Shown one piece after another: positions 31,606 to 41,503 of a DNA stretch of 64,000 nt. The stretch comes from Ignavibacteria bacterium (GTDB lineage Bacteria > Bacteroidota > Ignavibacteria > Kapaibacteriales > Kapaibacteriaceae). How positions within the stretch are numbered: the first letter of the stretch is position 1; each line of letters starts with the position of its first letter. Below the pieces are notes generated by a model. The model worked only from the letters and a program-made list of their open reading frames with translations, was not told the DNA's origin and searched no databases. Position numbers and translations under genes: made by a program. The stretch lies in the NCBI GenBank assembly GCA_015709655.1, contig CP054181.1, forward strand, positions 15,327 to 79,326. Reading direction: 5' to 3'.

Positions 31606-32540
31606 AAGCGATTCTATTTTCCGGCCAAGGTTCGCAGTACGTGGGTATGGGTGCCGACGTTGCAGGTGCATTTCCGGGAGCCCGTGAATTAGCTCTGCAT
31701 GCAAACGGAATTTTAGGGTATGACCTGCTTAAAATTATGTCGTCGGGCCCGGCAGATCTCCTTACTCAAACAAAAATCACACAGCCTGCTTTGTTCTTGC
31801 ACGAAGCAATGGTATTAGAAGTAACAAATATCCAGCAGACGGTGCAGGCAGTTGCCGGACACTCTCTCGGAGAATTTAGTGCTTTGTATGCCGCAGGAGT
31901 GTTATCATTTGCCGATGGGTTGAACCTTGTAAAGATTCGCGGTGAACTCATGTTTGCCTCCGGTGAGTCAACTCCTGGTACGATGGCAGCTGTAATTGGG
32001 TTAGACGACGACGTGGTTGCCAACATTTGCCAAGAGTTTGGAAGGCAAGACAACCACATTGTGGTACCTGCGAATTACAACTCACCAGGCCAAGTCGTGA
32101 TTTCGGGATCTCGTGAACTACTGCGGAGCATTCTTCCCGTATTTAAGGAAAAAGGGGCTCGAATGGTGAAGGAACTGCAGGTTAGTGGCGCATTTCATAG
32201 CCCCCTGCTGTTAAATGTTCAGGATGAATGGACATCTGCCGTCAATGCAACTCAGTTTAACGATCCGCACGTTCCGGTTTATGTCAATGTTTCGGCTAAG
32301 GCAACGACTGACAGACAGGAACTCAGGCGTGCGATAATTGAGCAGATGACAAGTCCGGTGTTGTGGACTCAAACAATGCAAAACATGTTTAAGACAGGTA
32401 TTACGCACTTTGTGGAAGTTGGACCGCAAACCGTGCTTCAAGGTCTGGCAAAGAGAACTCTAACAGACGTGATAACAGAGGGTATCGACAAGGTATCAGA
32501 CTGTGAACGCTATATCGCTAGCAGGGAGAACCATGAATAA
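31602..32540 (+). CDS. fabD: Malonyl CoA-ACP transacylase
   Basis: FSGQGSQYVGMG and GHSLGEFSAL active-site motifs. Confidence 0.9.
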   Translation: MKAILFSGQGSQYVGMGADVAGAFPGARELALHANGILGYDLLKIMSSGPADLLTQTKITQPALFLHEAMVLEVTNIQQTVQAVAGHSLGEFSALYAAGVLSFADGLNLVKIRGELMFASGESTPGTMAAVIGLDDDVVANICQEFGRQDNHIVVPANYNSPGQVVISGSRELLRSILPVFKEKGARMVKELQVSGAFHSPLLLNVQDEWTSAVNATQFNDPHVPVYVNVSAKATTDRQELRRAIIEQMTSPVLWTQTMQNMFKTGITHFVEVGPQTVLQGLAKRTLTDVITEGIDKVSDCERYIASRENHE

Positions 32541-33282
32541 TACTCATACCGGAAAAACATTTATCGTCACCGGTGGTTCCCGAGGCATCGGTGAAGCCAT
32601 TGTCCGCCTTTTATGTAGTCAGGGGGCTACCGTTTTCGCAACGTATAACTCATCGGATGAAAGGGCGGCCAGCCTGACACGCGAGATAACTGAGGGTGGC
32701 GGAGCGGTAACCTATGTAAAATCCGATATCACACGTGAGACGGATGTGGAAACATTGTTCGAACGCGTTCGTGAAGCTGCAAACACCATACATGGTGTGG
32801 TAAATAATGCGGGAATAACCCGGGATGGGCTAATATTGCGCATGCAAACAAAGGACTGGCATGACGTTGTAAACACCAACCTTTCCGGAGTGTTCTATAT
32901 GTGCAGAGCTGCTGCAAAGGTCATGGTACGGCAAAAACATGGCAGAATACTTAATATTGGGAGCATCGTAGGACTTGCCGGGAATGCCGGGCAGGTGAAC
33001 TACAGTGCTGCCAAGGCCGGTGTGGTTGGGCTAACCAGGTCTTTAGCCAAGGAGCTTGCCAGTCGGAACGTTTTAGTAAATTGCTTAGCTCCGGGCTTTG
33101 TTGAAACCGAAATGACAGATAAACTAACAGAAGAACAAAAAAAGGCGTATTTCAGCACGATCCCCTTGCAGAGACCGGCACATGCCTCTGAGATTGCCGG
33201 TGTTGTTTCGTTTTTTCTTAGTGATTCATCATCGTACATCACGGGTCAGGTAATTAATGTCGATGGCGGACTTGCTGTTTAA
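32533..33282 (+). CDS. fabG: 3-oxoacyl-ACP reductase
   Basis: SDR motifs TGGSRGIG, NNAG and YSAAKAG. Start at M11 of ORF 32503, overlapping the fabD stop by 8 nt. Confidence 0.9.
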   Translation: MNNTHTGKTFIVTGGSRGIGEAIVRLLCSQGATVFATYNSSDERAASLTREITEGGGAVTYVKSDITRETDVETLFERVREAANTIHGVVNNAGITRDGLILRMQTKDWHDVVNTNLSGVFYMCRAAAKVMVRQKHGRILNIGSIVGLAGNAGQVNYSAAKAGVVGLTRSLAKELASRNVLVNCLAPGFVETEMTDKLTEEQKKAYFSTIPLQRPAHASEIAGVVSFFLSDSSSYITGQVINVDGGLAV

Positions 33283-33327
33283 CTCTTTTGAAATCAATTA
33301 CTTATTTTATTTTTTAAGGAACACTGT

Positions 33328-33564
33328 ATGTCAACAATTGCCGAACAGGTCACGGAAATCATCGTAAACAAACTTGGGGTTGAGGCTTCGAAGGTAACAG
33401 CAGCAGCTTCGTTTACCAATGACTTAAATGCAGACTCGCTCGACACCGTAGAACTTATCATGGAGTTTGAAAAAGCATTTGATCTAACGATTGACGATTC
33501 GGATGCAGAGAAAATTCAAACTGTAGGCGACGCAATAACCTATATTGAATCGAAAAAAGCATAA
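33328..33564 (+). CDS. acpP: Acyl carrier protein
   Basis: [17 protein letters not shown] phosphopantetheine attachment site. SD AAGGAA upstream. Confidence 0.95.
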   Translation: MSTIAEQVTEIIVNKLGVEASKVTAAASFTNDLNADSLDTVELIMEFEKAFDLTIDDSDAEKIQTVGDAITYIESKKA

Positions 33565-33584
33565 CCTCCATTAATATTGTTTCT

Positions 33585-34835
33585 ATGGTACGACCACGAA
33601 TCGTAATAACAGGCCTTGGAGCTGTAACCCCAATTGGTAACACGGTTACCGAGTTTTGGGAAGGTATGATGCAGGGCAAAAGCGGAGCTGATCTGATCAC
33701 ACGATTTGATGCAACTGATTTTGATACCAGGTTTGCATGTGAAGTGAAAGGGTACGATCCACTTCAACATATCACGAGGAAAGAAGTTCAGAGAATGGAC
33801 CTCTTTACTCAGTTTGCTATGTCGGCTGCTGTTATGGCCGTTGACGATTCGGGAATCAATCCTGACCAAATCAACCATGAACGGTCCGGCGTTGTTTTTG
33901 GATCCGGAATAGGGGGTATGTGGACGTACCACCATCAGCAGCAGAATTTGTATGAGCGAGGGGGCAAACCTGACCGCATCTCTCCGTTTTTTGTACCCAT
34001 GCTGATTTCAGATATAGCCGCCGGCCACATTGCGATTCGGTATGGTTTGAAGGGACCTAATTATGCAACTGTTTCGGCATGTGCAACATCGTCACATGCA
34101 ATTGGTGATGCGTTCATGCTCATGCAGCGTGGCATGGCTGATATGATGCTGGCAGGAGGAGCAGAGGCCGTTGTTTGTCCAATGGGGATAGGGGGCTTTA
34201 ATGCAATGAAGGCTCTTTCTACCCGCAATGATGACCCGGCCACTGCAAGCCGCCCATTTGACCTTGGCAGAGACGGCTTTGTGATGGGCGAGGGCGGTGG
34301 GATTCTAGTGCTCGAAACCCTAGAACATGCAATGAACAGAGGTGCCAAAATTTATGCCGAAATTGTTGGGCTGGGGCTAACGGATGATGCCTTCCATATA
34401 ACCCAACCTGCACCAGGCGGTGAAGGAGCTGTCCGCTCAATGCGTCTTGCAGTCCAAGATGCAGGATTGGACTTTGCCGACATTGACTATATCAATGCCC
34501 ATGGAACAAGCACTCCGTATAATGACAAGAGTGAAACCGCTGCCGTACATACCGTTTTTGGCGATCATGCTTTTAAGCTCAGTATGTCTTCAACAAAATC
34601 TATGACAGGCCATCTTCTGGGTGCTGCCGGTGCCATTGAAGCAATTGCAACATCCCTTGCAATACATCACCAAACAGCTCCGCCAACAATCAACCAAATT
34701 ACTCCTGATCCGGACTGTGACCTGGACTACGTACCCATGGTTCCCAAGGCACGCCCGATTCGCGCAGCACTGAGCAATACATTTGGTTTTGGTGGTCATA
34801 ATGCAACACTCTGCTTTAAAGCTTTTGAGCCGTAA
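33585..34835 (+). CDS. fabF: 3-oxoacyl-ACP synthase II
   Basis: KAS II pattern with the active-site Cys (SACATSSHAIG) and His motifs (INAHGTSTPYND, GHLLGAAGA). Confidence 0.9.
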   Translation: MVRPRIVITGLGAVTPIGNTVTEFWEGMMQGKSGADLITRFDATDFDTRFACEVKGYDPLQHITRKEVQRMDLFTQFAMSAAVMAVDDSGINPDQINHERSGVVFGSGIGGMWTYHHQQQNLYERGGKPDRISPFFVPMLISDIAAGHIAIRYGLKGPNYATVSACATSSHAIGDAFMLMQRGMADMMLAGGAEAVVCPMGIGGFNAMKALSTRNDDPATASRPFDLGRDGFVMGEGGGILVLETLEHAMNRGAKIYAEIVGLGLTDDAFHITQPAPGGEGAVRSMRLAVQDAGLDFADIDYINAHGTSTPYNDKSETAAVHTVFGDHAFKLSMSSTKSMTGHLLGAAGAIEAIATSLAIHHQTAPPTINQITPDPDCDLDYVPMVPKARPIRAALSNTFGFGGHNATLCFKAFEP

Positions 34836-34858
34836 TACACAGATTAATCGGTTAGCCG

Positions 34859-35704
34859 ATGCGTGACTTAGTACGGAATCTATACGACAATCTCCTTCGG
34901 CTTACAGGTCAGCGTACGTCTGGTGAACTCCAGGAAATGAGGGAACTCTTCCCGCCTCTAAACATCCTGAATGATGAAGGAGCAGAGCGGATTGAAGAGT
35001 TGTTGGGTATTGCCATTGAAAATCGAGCCCTCTACGAACAGGCCCTGACCCACCGATCCTATCTTCAGGTTGTTCATCAGGGCGGGAATCGCTCAAACGA
35101 GCGACTCGAATTCCTTGGCGACGCCATCCTTGGCTTTATTACCGCTGAGTACCTTTTTTATAACCATAAGCAGGTGCTCGAAGGTGAGCTAACCAAAATG
35201 CGCTCCTGGCTGGTCAATAAGAAATCACTGGCAATCTGTGCCCGGTCACTCGAAATTGACAAGCTGATATTTCTAAGCTACAGCGCACGTCAGTCACTTG
35301 ATAACGGGAATGATGGTTTGCTGGCCGATGCCTTGGAAGCGATTATTGCAGCTGTGTATCTGGACTCGGGGTTCGATGAGGCTCGCAAATTTATCGTTGA
35401 TAAGCTGCTGCCAATAATGGTGCGCGAAAGCCTGATTCATGACACTAATTATAAAAGTTTACTTCTGGAAGCTGTGCAGCGAACCGGTACAGCAGGGCCT
35501 CGGTATAACGTGATTGCGGAATCTGGTCCGGACCACGATAAAACGTTTACAGTCGAGGTAATTGTTGCTGAAAAATCCCTTGGAGTTGGTAGTGGTCGGA
35601 ATAAAAAAGAGGCCGAACAGCATGCCGCGAAGCAGGCCCTGGAGGTATTTACAGCAAAGGCTACTCAGTCCAAGGACAGAAAACTAAATCGAGGAGCCGT
35701 GTAA
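34859..35704 (+). CDS. rnc: Ribonuclease III
   Basis: RNase III signature ERLEFLGDAILG plus a C-terminal dsRBD (GPDHDKTFTVEV...GSGRNKKEAEQHAAKQAL). It has an N-terminal extension relative to typical RNase III, so the true start may be M27 (34937). Confidence 0.85.
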   Translation: MRDLVRNLYDNLLRLTGQRTSGELQEMRELFPPLNILNDEGAERIEELLGIAIENRALYEQALTHRSYLQVVHQGGNRSNERLEFLGDAILGFITAEYLFYNHKQVLEGELTKMRSWLVNKKSLAICARSLEIDKLIFLSYSARQSLDNGNDGLLADALEAIIAAVYLDSGFDEARKFIVDKLLPIMVRESLIHDTNYKSLLLEAVQRTGTAGPRYNVIAESGPDHDKTFTVEVIVAEKSLGVGSGRNKKEAEQHAAKQALEVFTAKATQSKDRKLNRGAV

Positions 35705-35736
35705 CAGAAGTTCCTTTTCAACGTCTTCTAAACACA

Positions 35737-38700
35737 ATGTATATACTCGGTACCCGACCTCTGCTCCGCACGATTTCTGTGATCCTGCTTTTACTGACTA
35801 CAACATCCGGGAGTGCACAGTTCTCCGGTGAACTGGCCTTTGGCAAGAATAAAGTTCAATATGAACGGTTCCGCTGGAAATATATCCAGTCGGACAATTT
35901 TGACGTATACTTTCATGAAAACGGTGATTATACAGCCAGATTCACAGCAATGATGGCCGAACAAGCCCTACGTAAAATCCAGCATGAACTATCGTTTTCA
36001 ATCACTAAGCGAATTGCTTTTATTGTGTACGGATCACATAATCAGTTCGAACAAACAAATGTCATTGACGAATTTATGTCCGAGGGTATCGGTGGCGTAA
36101 CCGAGCTCTTCAAAAACAGAATTGTAATCCCGTTCGAGGGAGACTACGCGAAATTTGCTCACGTGATTCACCACGAGCTTGTTCATGCTGTTATTAACGA
36201 CATGTTCTACGGTGGGTCTGTGCAGTCCCTTGTAAGTAATAACCCAAGAGCCATGCTGCCTTTATGGATGAATGAAGGCTTTGCGGAATACAGTAGCGTT
36301 GGTGGCCTTGATGTAAAAACCGATCAGTTCATGCGCGATGTTGCTGTTAGCGAATATCTAAAAGGGCTCCAACAATTAAACGGATACTTTGCCTACCGCG
36401 GTGGACAAGCATTTTGGAGTTACGTAGCTCAGAAATACGGCCCTGAAAAAGTTGGTGAGGTATTAAACCGCTTCCGCACTCTTGGAGATGTAAACCAGAC
36501 CTTTGTTGCGGCATTTGGATTAAATTTCGAAGACATGTCAGACCAGTGGGCCAAGGATACCAAGAAGTTTTATTTCCCGGATGTTGACCGCTACGAATAC
36601 GTTGAAGACTGGGCTACACGGTTAACAAATCATCAAAAGGAAGAGAATTTTTACAATACCTCTCCCGCCATATCACCCGATGGCGAGCAGGTTGCGTTTA
36701 TCAGTGATCGTTCAGATGGTGTTTTTGGTTTGTATGTAATGAACCTTGCTACCAAGGATGTTAAAAAACTGGTCAGTAGTAACCGAACTACCGACTTTGA
36801 AGAACTGAATTTTCTGACACCAGGAATTTCCTGGAACCCGGAAGGCACAAAACTGGCCGTGGGAGCAAAAGCCGGCGGGCAAGATGCAATTTACATTTTT
36901 GATACTAAGACTAACACCTATACTACACTCTCTCTTGGATTCAACACCATTGGCGGTGTTCACTGGTCACCAGACGGACAATATCTGGCGTTCGACGCAA
37001 CATTTAAGAACGTGCAAAACGATATTTTTCTGTACACTCTTGCTACAGGTGACGTTCGGCAGCTTACCAACGATATTTTTACCGACACGGAACCAGTCTG
37101 GTCTCCAGATGGTAAGAGAGTTTATTTTTTATCGGACAGAGGCAGTCGACTCTCCGGTACCGAAACCTCAGAAAACTTTAAAATGTGGGACTACGATGTT
37201 GCACAAAAAGACATTTACTCTATCTCTGTAAATGGCGATTCATTACAGCGTATTACCACCGACCCCACAGTAGGTAAGTACTCACTTGCCGTTGCCCCTG
37301 ATAACGCGTCGCTCCTTTATACCGCCGACTACAATGGTATCACAAACCTGTGGGAAATAAACCTTACCACTGGTGAACGAAGGGCACGCTCCAACTCACT
37401 TCAGGAAGTAAGTCAAATATCGCTCAGTAGTGATGGGACAAAACTTCTTTTTTCATCACAGAACCGTGTTGGTTATGATTTGTTCCTGGTCACCTTTCCA
37501 TTTGATTTACCACAGCATGATACATTACCCTTAACAAAGTACAGGAGTCTGCAGCTTGAAGAAAAGAACTCCTTGGCAGCAATTATGGATCACCAGGCGG
37601 ATACAACCAACACGGCCGAATTTGCCTACGGTACGTTCGACGTTGACTTTGGCACCGGAAATACCGTTCAACCCAACACACGTGTTATCCAGCCTTTGCC
37701 AGCTGACTCTAGTGTTCAGGATAGCACAGTGGATTTTACCGCTAAGGATTACAAGGTGGCTTTCTCTCCGGACATCATAACCGGTGCTGCAGGTTACAGT
37801 AACTGGTTCGGCGCACAGGGAGTAGCGCAGATGTTGTTTTCTGATATGCTGGGTGACCACGAACTCTACGTAATGCTTAACCTGTTTTTGGATTTAGAGA
37901 ACAGTAACTTCTACGTTCAGTATAACTATAAACCGTTAGTAGTTGACTACAGCCTCGCAGTATTCCATAATGCGGGGTACTCGTACGTTGCAAATGCATC
38001 GTATCTATATCTGAACAGGTTTAGAACCTACGGCATGTATTCATCGATGTCGGTTCCCTTCAGTAGATACAGCCGCATCGATTTTGGTTTACAAGTCCAG
38101 GCAATGAGCCGTGAAAACATTGATGATCCGCGAATGCCCGGCTTAACCCGATTTGTTACGGTACCCTCGGTATCCTACGTTGTTGACGATGCAATTTGGG
38201 GGTTCTGGGCCCCGATAAAAGGTACGCGTTTTAATGTTACTCTGGAGGGGTCACCACAGATTGGAACAACCGGTTTATCGTTTGGGACCCTAAGAACCGA
38301 TGCACGGCAGTATATGCATCTTGGGGGGATGTACACCCTTGCATTGCGCGGAAGCGGGGGATACAGCTTAGGACGTGATCCACAGAAGTTTTTTATTGGT
38401 GGTGTTGACAATTGGTTCAACCGGTTTTTTAGCAGTGCCGGCTGGCCCTTTCAAAATCCCGAGGATTTTGCTTTTACCAGACCAGGTTGGCCATTGCGTG
38501 GGTATGCCCTGAACGAACGAAATGGTTCGCAGTATTTTGTGGCCAATGCCGAGCTTCGGTTTCCACTGTTCTTTGCATTTCAGGCAGGCCCCTTACCATC
38601 ACTTCTTCAGGGATTGCAAGGTCAGATTTTTTTTGATGCAGGTGGTGCATGGGACAATAATGGTATCCCTGGAGTTAGTGTCGACAATATTCGAATAGCA

Positions 38701-38850
38701 GCACCTGACCCAATACTGTATAGCACAGGATTTGGTATTAGAAGCCTTGCACTTGGATTACCATTACGCTTTGACGTGGCTTGGCGCCATGAGCCCACAG
38801 GTGGAATGTCAAGTCCGTATTATTTATTCTCCCTTGGTGGAGATTTTTGA
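35737..38850 (+). CDS. Secreted tri-modular protein: gluzincin-like HEXXH...E peptidase-MA-type module, TolB/PD40-like beta-propeller repeats, and a C-terminal Omp85/surface-antigen-type beta-barrel
   Basis: Signal peptide (LLLLTTTSGSAQ). HEXXH+E motif VIHHELVHAV...(18 aa)...WMNEGFAEY. Repeated TolB-like blades (SPDGEQVAFISDRSDG, SPDGQYLAFDA, SPDGKRVYFLSDRGS, SSDGTKLLFSS). The C-terminal ~300 aa carry an Omp85-like terminal pattern (IGGVDNWF, RPGWPLRGYALNE...ELRFPL) and end in ...LGGDF. Confidence 0.55.
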   Translation: MYILGTRPLLRTISVILLLLTTTSGSAQFSGELAFGKNKVQYERFRWKYIQSDNFDVYFHENGDYTARFTAMMAEQALRKIQHELSFSITKRIAFIVYGSHNQFEQTNVIDEFMSEGIGGVTELFKNRIVIPFEGDYAKFAHVIHHELVHAVINDMFYGGSVQSLVSNNPRAMLPLWMNEGFAEYSSVGGLDVKTDQFMRDVAVSEYLKGLQQLNGYFAYRGGQAFWSYVAQKYGPEKVGEVLNRFRTLGDVNQTFVAAFGLNFEDMSDQWAKDTKKFYFPDVDRYEYVEDWATRLTNHQKEENFYNTSPAISPDGEQVAFISDRSDGVFGLYVMNLATKDVKKLVSSNRTTDFEELNFLTPGISWNPEGTKLAVGAKAGGQDAIYIFDTKTNTYTTLSLGFNTIGGVHWSPDGQYLAFDATFKNVQNDIFLYTLATGDVRQLTNDIFTDTEPVWSPDGKRVYFLSDRGSRLSGTETSENFKMWDYDVAQKDIYSISVNGDSLQRITTDPTVGKYSLAVAPDNASLLYTADYNGITNLWEINLTTGERRARSNSLQEVSQISLSSDGTKLLFSSQNRVGYDLFLVTFPFDLPQHDTLPLTKYRSLQLEEKNSLAAIMDHQADTTNTAEFAYGTFDVDFGTGNTVQPNTRVIQPLPADSSVQDSTVDFTAKDYKVAFSPDIITGAAGYSNWFGAQGVAQMLFSDMLGDHELYVMLNLFLDLENSNFYVQYNYKPLVVDYSLAVFHNAGYSYVANASYLYLNRFRTYGMYSSMSVPFSRYSRIDFGLQVQAMSRENIDDPRMPGLTRFVTVPSVSYVVDDAIWGFWAPIKGTRFNVTLEGSPQIGTTGLSFGTLRTDARQYMHLGGMYTLALRGSGGYSLGRDPQKFFIGGVDNWFNRFFSSAGWPFQNPEDFAFTRPGWPLRGYALNERNGSQYFVANAELRFPLFFAFQAGPLPSLLQGLQGQIFFDAGGAWDNNGIPGVSVDNIRIAAPDPILYSTGFGIRSLALGLPLRFDVAWRHEPTGGMSSPYYLFSLGGDF

Positions 38851-39459
38851 ATAGCCCGCACGGGCATTTGTTCTGGTTGTAAGCTCAGTCACGAGATACT
38901 CCAGCTTTGGCTTGGCAATTTGGACGTGAAAGCGTACGCTGTCAGAATATTCGGTTGAAAATTCAGCTTGAACCTCTTCAAGCAACGGAATAACACGGCT
39001 AACATCGTCATACAGGCAATGTACAACGATATTTTCCTGGACCACTACGGGTAATCTTGTAACCATACTTACTGATTCGCGGACGGAATCTGCATATGCA
39101 CGGGCCAACGGACCCTTTCCAAGCTTCACGCCACCAAAGTATCGCACAGTAACTGCGATAATATTGGTAAAATTGCCCTGTTGTAGCACGAACAGGATTG
39201 GTTTTCCAGCAGTTCCGGCCGGCTCGCCATCGTCTGCAAGACGGTAGTCTTGTCCAAGATGTCCAAGCCGCCATGCATAACAATGGTGAGCTGCGTCCCA
39301 ATGCTTTTTTCGTAGTGTTTCAAGATATTGGAGTGCACTTTCCTTGTTCTGAACAGGTGCTAAGTACGTGATAAATAACGAACGGCGAACCTCGAGAGTG
39401 GCTGAAACCTGCTCCGTGATTGTATCCAGAGTTATTAATGGCTGCTTGCCTGTACTCAT
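38824..39459 (-). CDS. yigZ: IMPACT/YigZ family protein
   Basis: RSLFITYLAPV...HHCYAWRLG...DDGEPAGTAGKPIL is the UPF0029/IMPACT signature. Its 3' end overlaps the convergent gene 35737..38850 by 27 nt. Confidence 0.7.
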   Translation of the reverse strand: MSTGKQPLITLDTITEQVSATLEVRRSLFITYLAPVQNKESALQYLETLRKKHWDAAHHCYAWRLGHLGQDYRLADDGEPAGTAGKPILFVLQQGNFTNIIAVTVRYFGGVKLGKGPLARAYADSVRESVSMVTRLPVVVQENIVVHCLYDDVSRVIPLLEEVQAEFSTEYSDSVRFHVQIAKPKLEYLVTELTTRTNARAGYSKISTKGE

Positions 39460-39483
39460 AGTTTTAATAATGGAGATTCATAC

Positions 39484-40611
39484 GTGAATATTGGAATGGT
39501 TTGTTATCCCACCTATGGTGGTAGTGGTGTACTTGCAACAGAACTGGGAACGCATTTAGCAAGGCGTGGACACCATGTGCATTTTATAACGTATGCACAA
39601 CCAATGCGGCTTGATAATTATCAGGAAAACATTTACTACCATGAAGTAGAGTCACCTCAATATCCGTTATTCGAATTCAACTTATACACTCTTTCCCTTG
39701 CAGGGAAGATTATCGACGTTGCAAAATATGAATCTCTCGACGTAGTGCATGTTCATTACGCAATCCCTCATGCTGTAAGCGGATTTTTAGCCTCGCTTAT
39801 TCTGAAGGATAAATATCCGTTCAAGCTTCTCACCACGCTGCACGGAACCGATATCACCTTGGTTGGCCTTGATCCATCCTACCATCCGCTTATCCAGTTT
39901 GCACTGGAGAAATCTGATGGAATTACAGCGGTATCAAATTTCCTTGCTGAGCGAACCACTCAGAATTTTGGAGCTGATTTATCAATTCAAATTATACCAA
40001 ACTTTGTTGATACACAAGTTTATAAGCCGGACTCCTGCACTGATTTATCAAGGCAAATTAAGCGGGATTCCCAGTTTGTATTGATGCATGTATCGAACTT
40101 TCGTTCAGTAAAAAGGGTTCAGGATTGTGTTCGGGTACTTGCACTGTTACTTGCAACTGTAAATGTACGCCTTGTACTTGTAGGTGACGGCCCGGAACGG
40201 AGTGAGGTTGAGCGCTTATCAAGAGAATTGGGAGTGGCGGACCACGTTACATTCTTGGGAAAACAAAGTGCCTTGCCTCAGCTCCTCAGTACTGCTGATA
40301 TTTTCCTTCTTCCTTCACAGCAGGAAAGCTTTGGTTTGTCGGCCCTTGAGGCAATGGCATGCGGTGTTCCTGTTGTGGCCACTAACATTGGTGGTATTGG
40401 CGAAGTTGTTAAGCACGGAGAATGCGGCTACCTTGCAGAGTTGGGTGACGTCCAGCGGATGGCCAAATATTGTCTTGACCTGCTCACCAGTAAACGCAAG
40501 ATGCAAGCTTTTAAAACGGCTGCACGGGAGCGTGCGGTACGAAATTTCGACAGCAGCACGATTGTACCGATGTACGAAGCCATGTATGATGCACTCACTC
40601 AAGGCAAATAA
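39484..40611 (+). CDS. bshA: N-acetyl-alpha-D-glucosaminyl L-malate synthase (bacillithiol biosynthesis glycosyltransferase BshA), GT4 family
   Basis: BshA-like along its whole length: MNIGMVCYPTYGGSGVLATELG...HVHYAIPHA...TLHGTDIT...HVSNFRSVKRVQD...LVGDGPE...ESFGLSALEAMACGVP. Confidence 0.75.
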   Translation: MNIGMVCYPTYGGSGVLATELGTHLARRGHHVHFITYAQPMRLDNYQENIYYHEVESPQYPLFEFNLYTLSLAGKIIDVAKYESLDVVHVHYAIPHAVSGFLASLILKDKYPFKLLTTLHGTDITLVGLDPSYHPLIQFALEKSDGITAVSNFLAERTTQNFGADLSIQIIPNFVDTQVYKPDSCTDLSRQIKRDSQFVLMHVSNFRSVKRVQDCVRVLALLLATVNVRLVLVGDGPERSEVERLSRELGVADHVTFLGKQSALPQLLSTADIFLLPSQQESFGLSALEAMACGVPVVATNIGGIGEVVKHGECGYLAELGDVQRMAKYCLDLLTSKRKMQAFKTAARERAVRNFDSSTIVPMYEAMYDALTQGK

Positions 40612-40626
40612 CAACAAACCAAACTA

Positions 40627-41472
40627 TTACGGGAAGATATAGCGCACCTGCTGTTTTGCAAGTCCCGAGAAATCCGAGGCATGTTCATCCCGGGTTTCGT
40701 CCTGATAATGCATGAGCATCATCTTTTCCCTGATAGATTTTGGCAAAGTTTTCAGATCGTTTATCGAAGCATGGACTGCGTTGGGCATTAAGCTCGCATC
40801 ATGGAAAATAAATTCAGCTTTAGGGCCATAGTGCTCTATCAGGTCAGTGTCGAACTTTGTATCCCCGCTAACAAACACCCGGTCATCAATCATTAAACCG
40901 TAGGTAATAAATGCATCCCGTGTAAATTCAGCTGCTCCCGGTATGTGATTGGTATGGAATAACTCAAGTGCAATCTCTCCATATTCAATCCGATATAGCG
41001 GACGGTTCAGAGTTCCCGGCACGGGAGTGGCCAGCTGCAGGTTAAAGTAGTCTTCCAGAGTTAATCGTTTACCTTCTGATGTTATTTCGTTATACTCCAG
41101 TCCGCCACGAAGACTTTCATTCCATAAGATTGTATGGTATTCATCCGTTGAAACCATGGTGATCTTCGGGCGGCCACTGGGAATAGCAACATACCGGTTT
41201 CTCAATGCCAAATATTCAATACCGCCTATATGGTCAGCATGCGAATGTGTGGGCAAAATCGTTGTAATATCTTCAGCCTTTAACCCGACTTCTGCCAGGG
41301 CTTTAGGTCCGGTCATGCCTAAATCAACCAAAATATGAGTATCACCCTTGATAATTAAAAAGTTGGTCTGGTTGAGTTCTGACGCAAACGCTGTTCCCGT
41401 TCCCAGAAAAACTACTTCCAGTGCTCCTGAATTCGTTAACGCCAATGGACCTTTAAGTGGAACTATGTTCAT
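40627..41472 (-). CDS. MBL-fold metallo-hydrolase
   Basis: PTHSHADHIGG metal-binding motif plus downstream His/Asp ligands. Confidence 0.6.
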   Translation of the reverse strand: MNIVPLKGPLALTNSGALEVVFLGTGTAFASELNQTNFLIIKGDTHILVDLGMTGPKALAEVGLKAEDITTILPTHSHADHIGGIEYLALRNRYVAIPSGRPKITMVSTDEYHTILWNESLRGGLEYNEITSEGKRLTLEDYFNLQLATPVPGTLNRPLYRIEYGEIALELFHTNHIPGAAEFTRDAFITYGLMIDDRVFVSGDTKFDTDLIEHYGPKAEFIFHDASLMPNAVHASINDLKTLPKSIREKMMLMHYQDETRDEHASDFSGLAKQQVRYIFP

Positions 41473-41503
41473 TTAGGGTTTAAAATTAAGTGGAACAAAA
41501 ACC

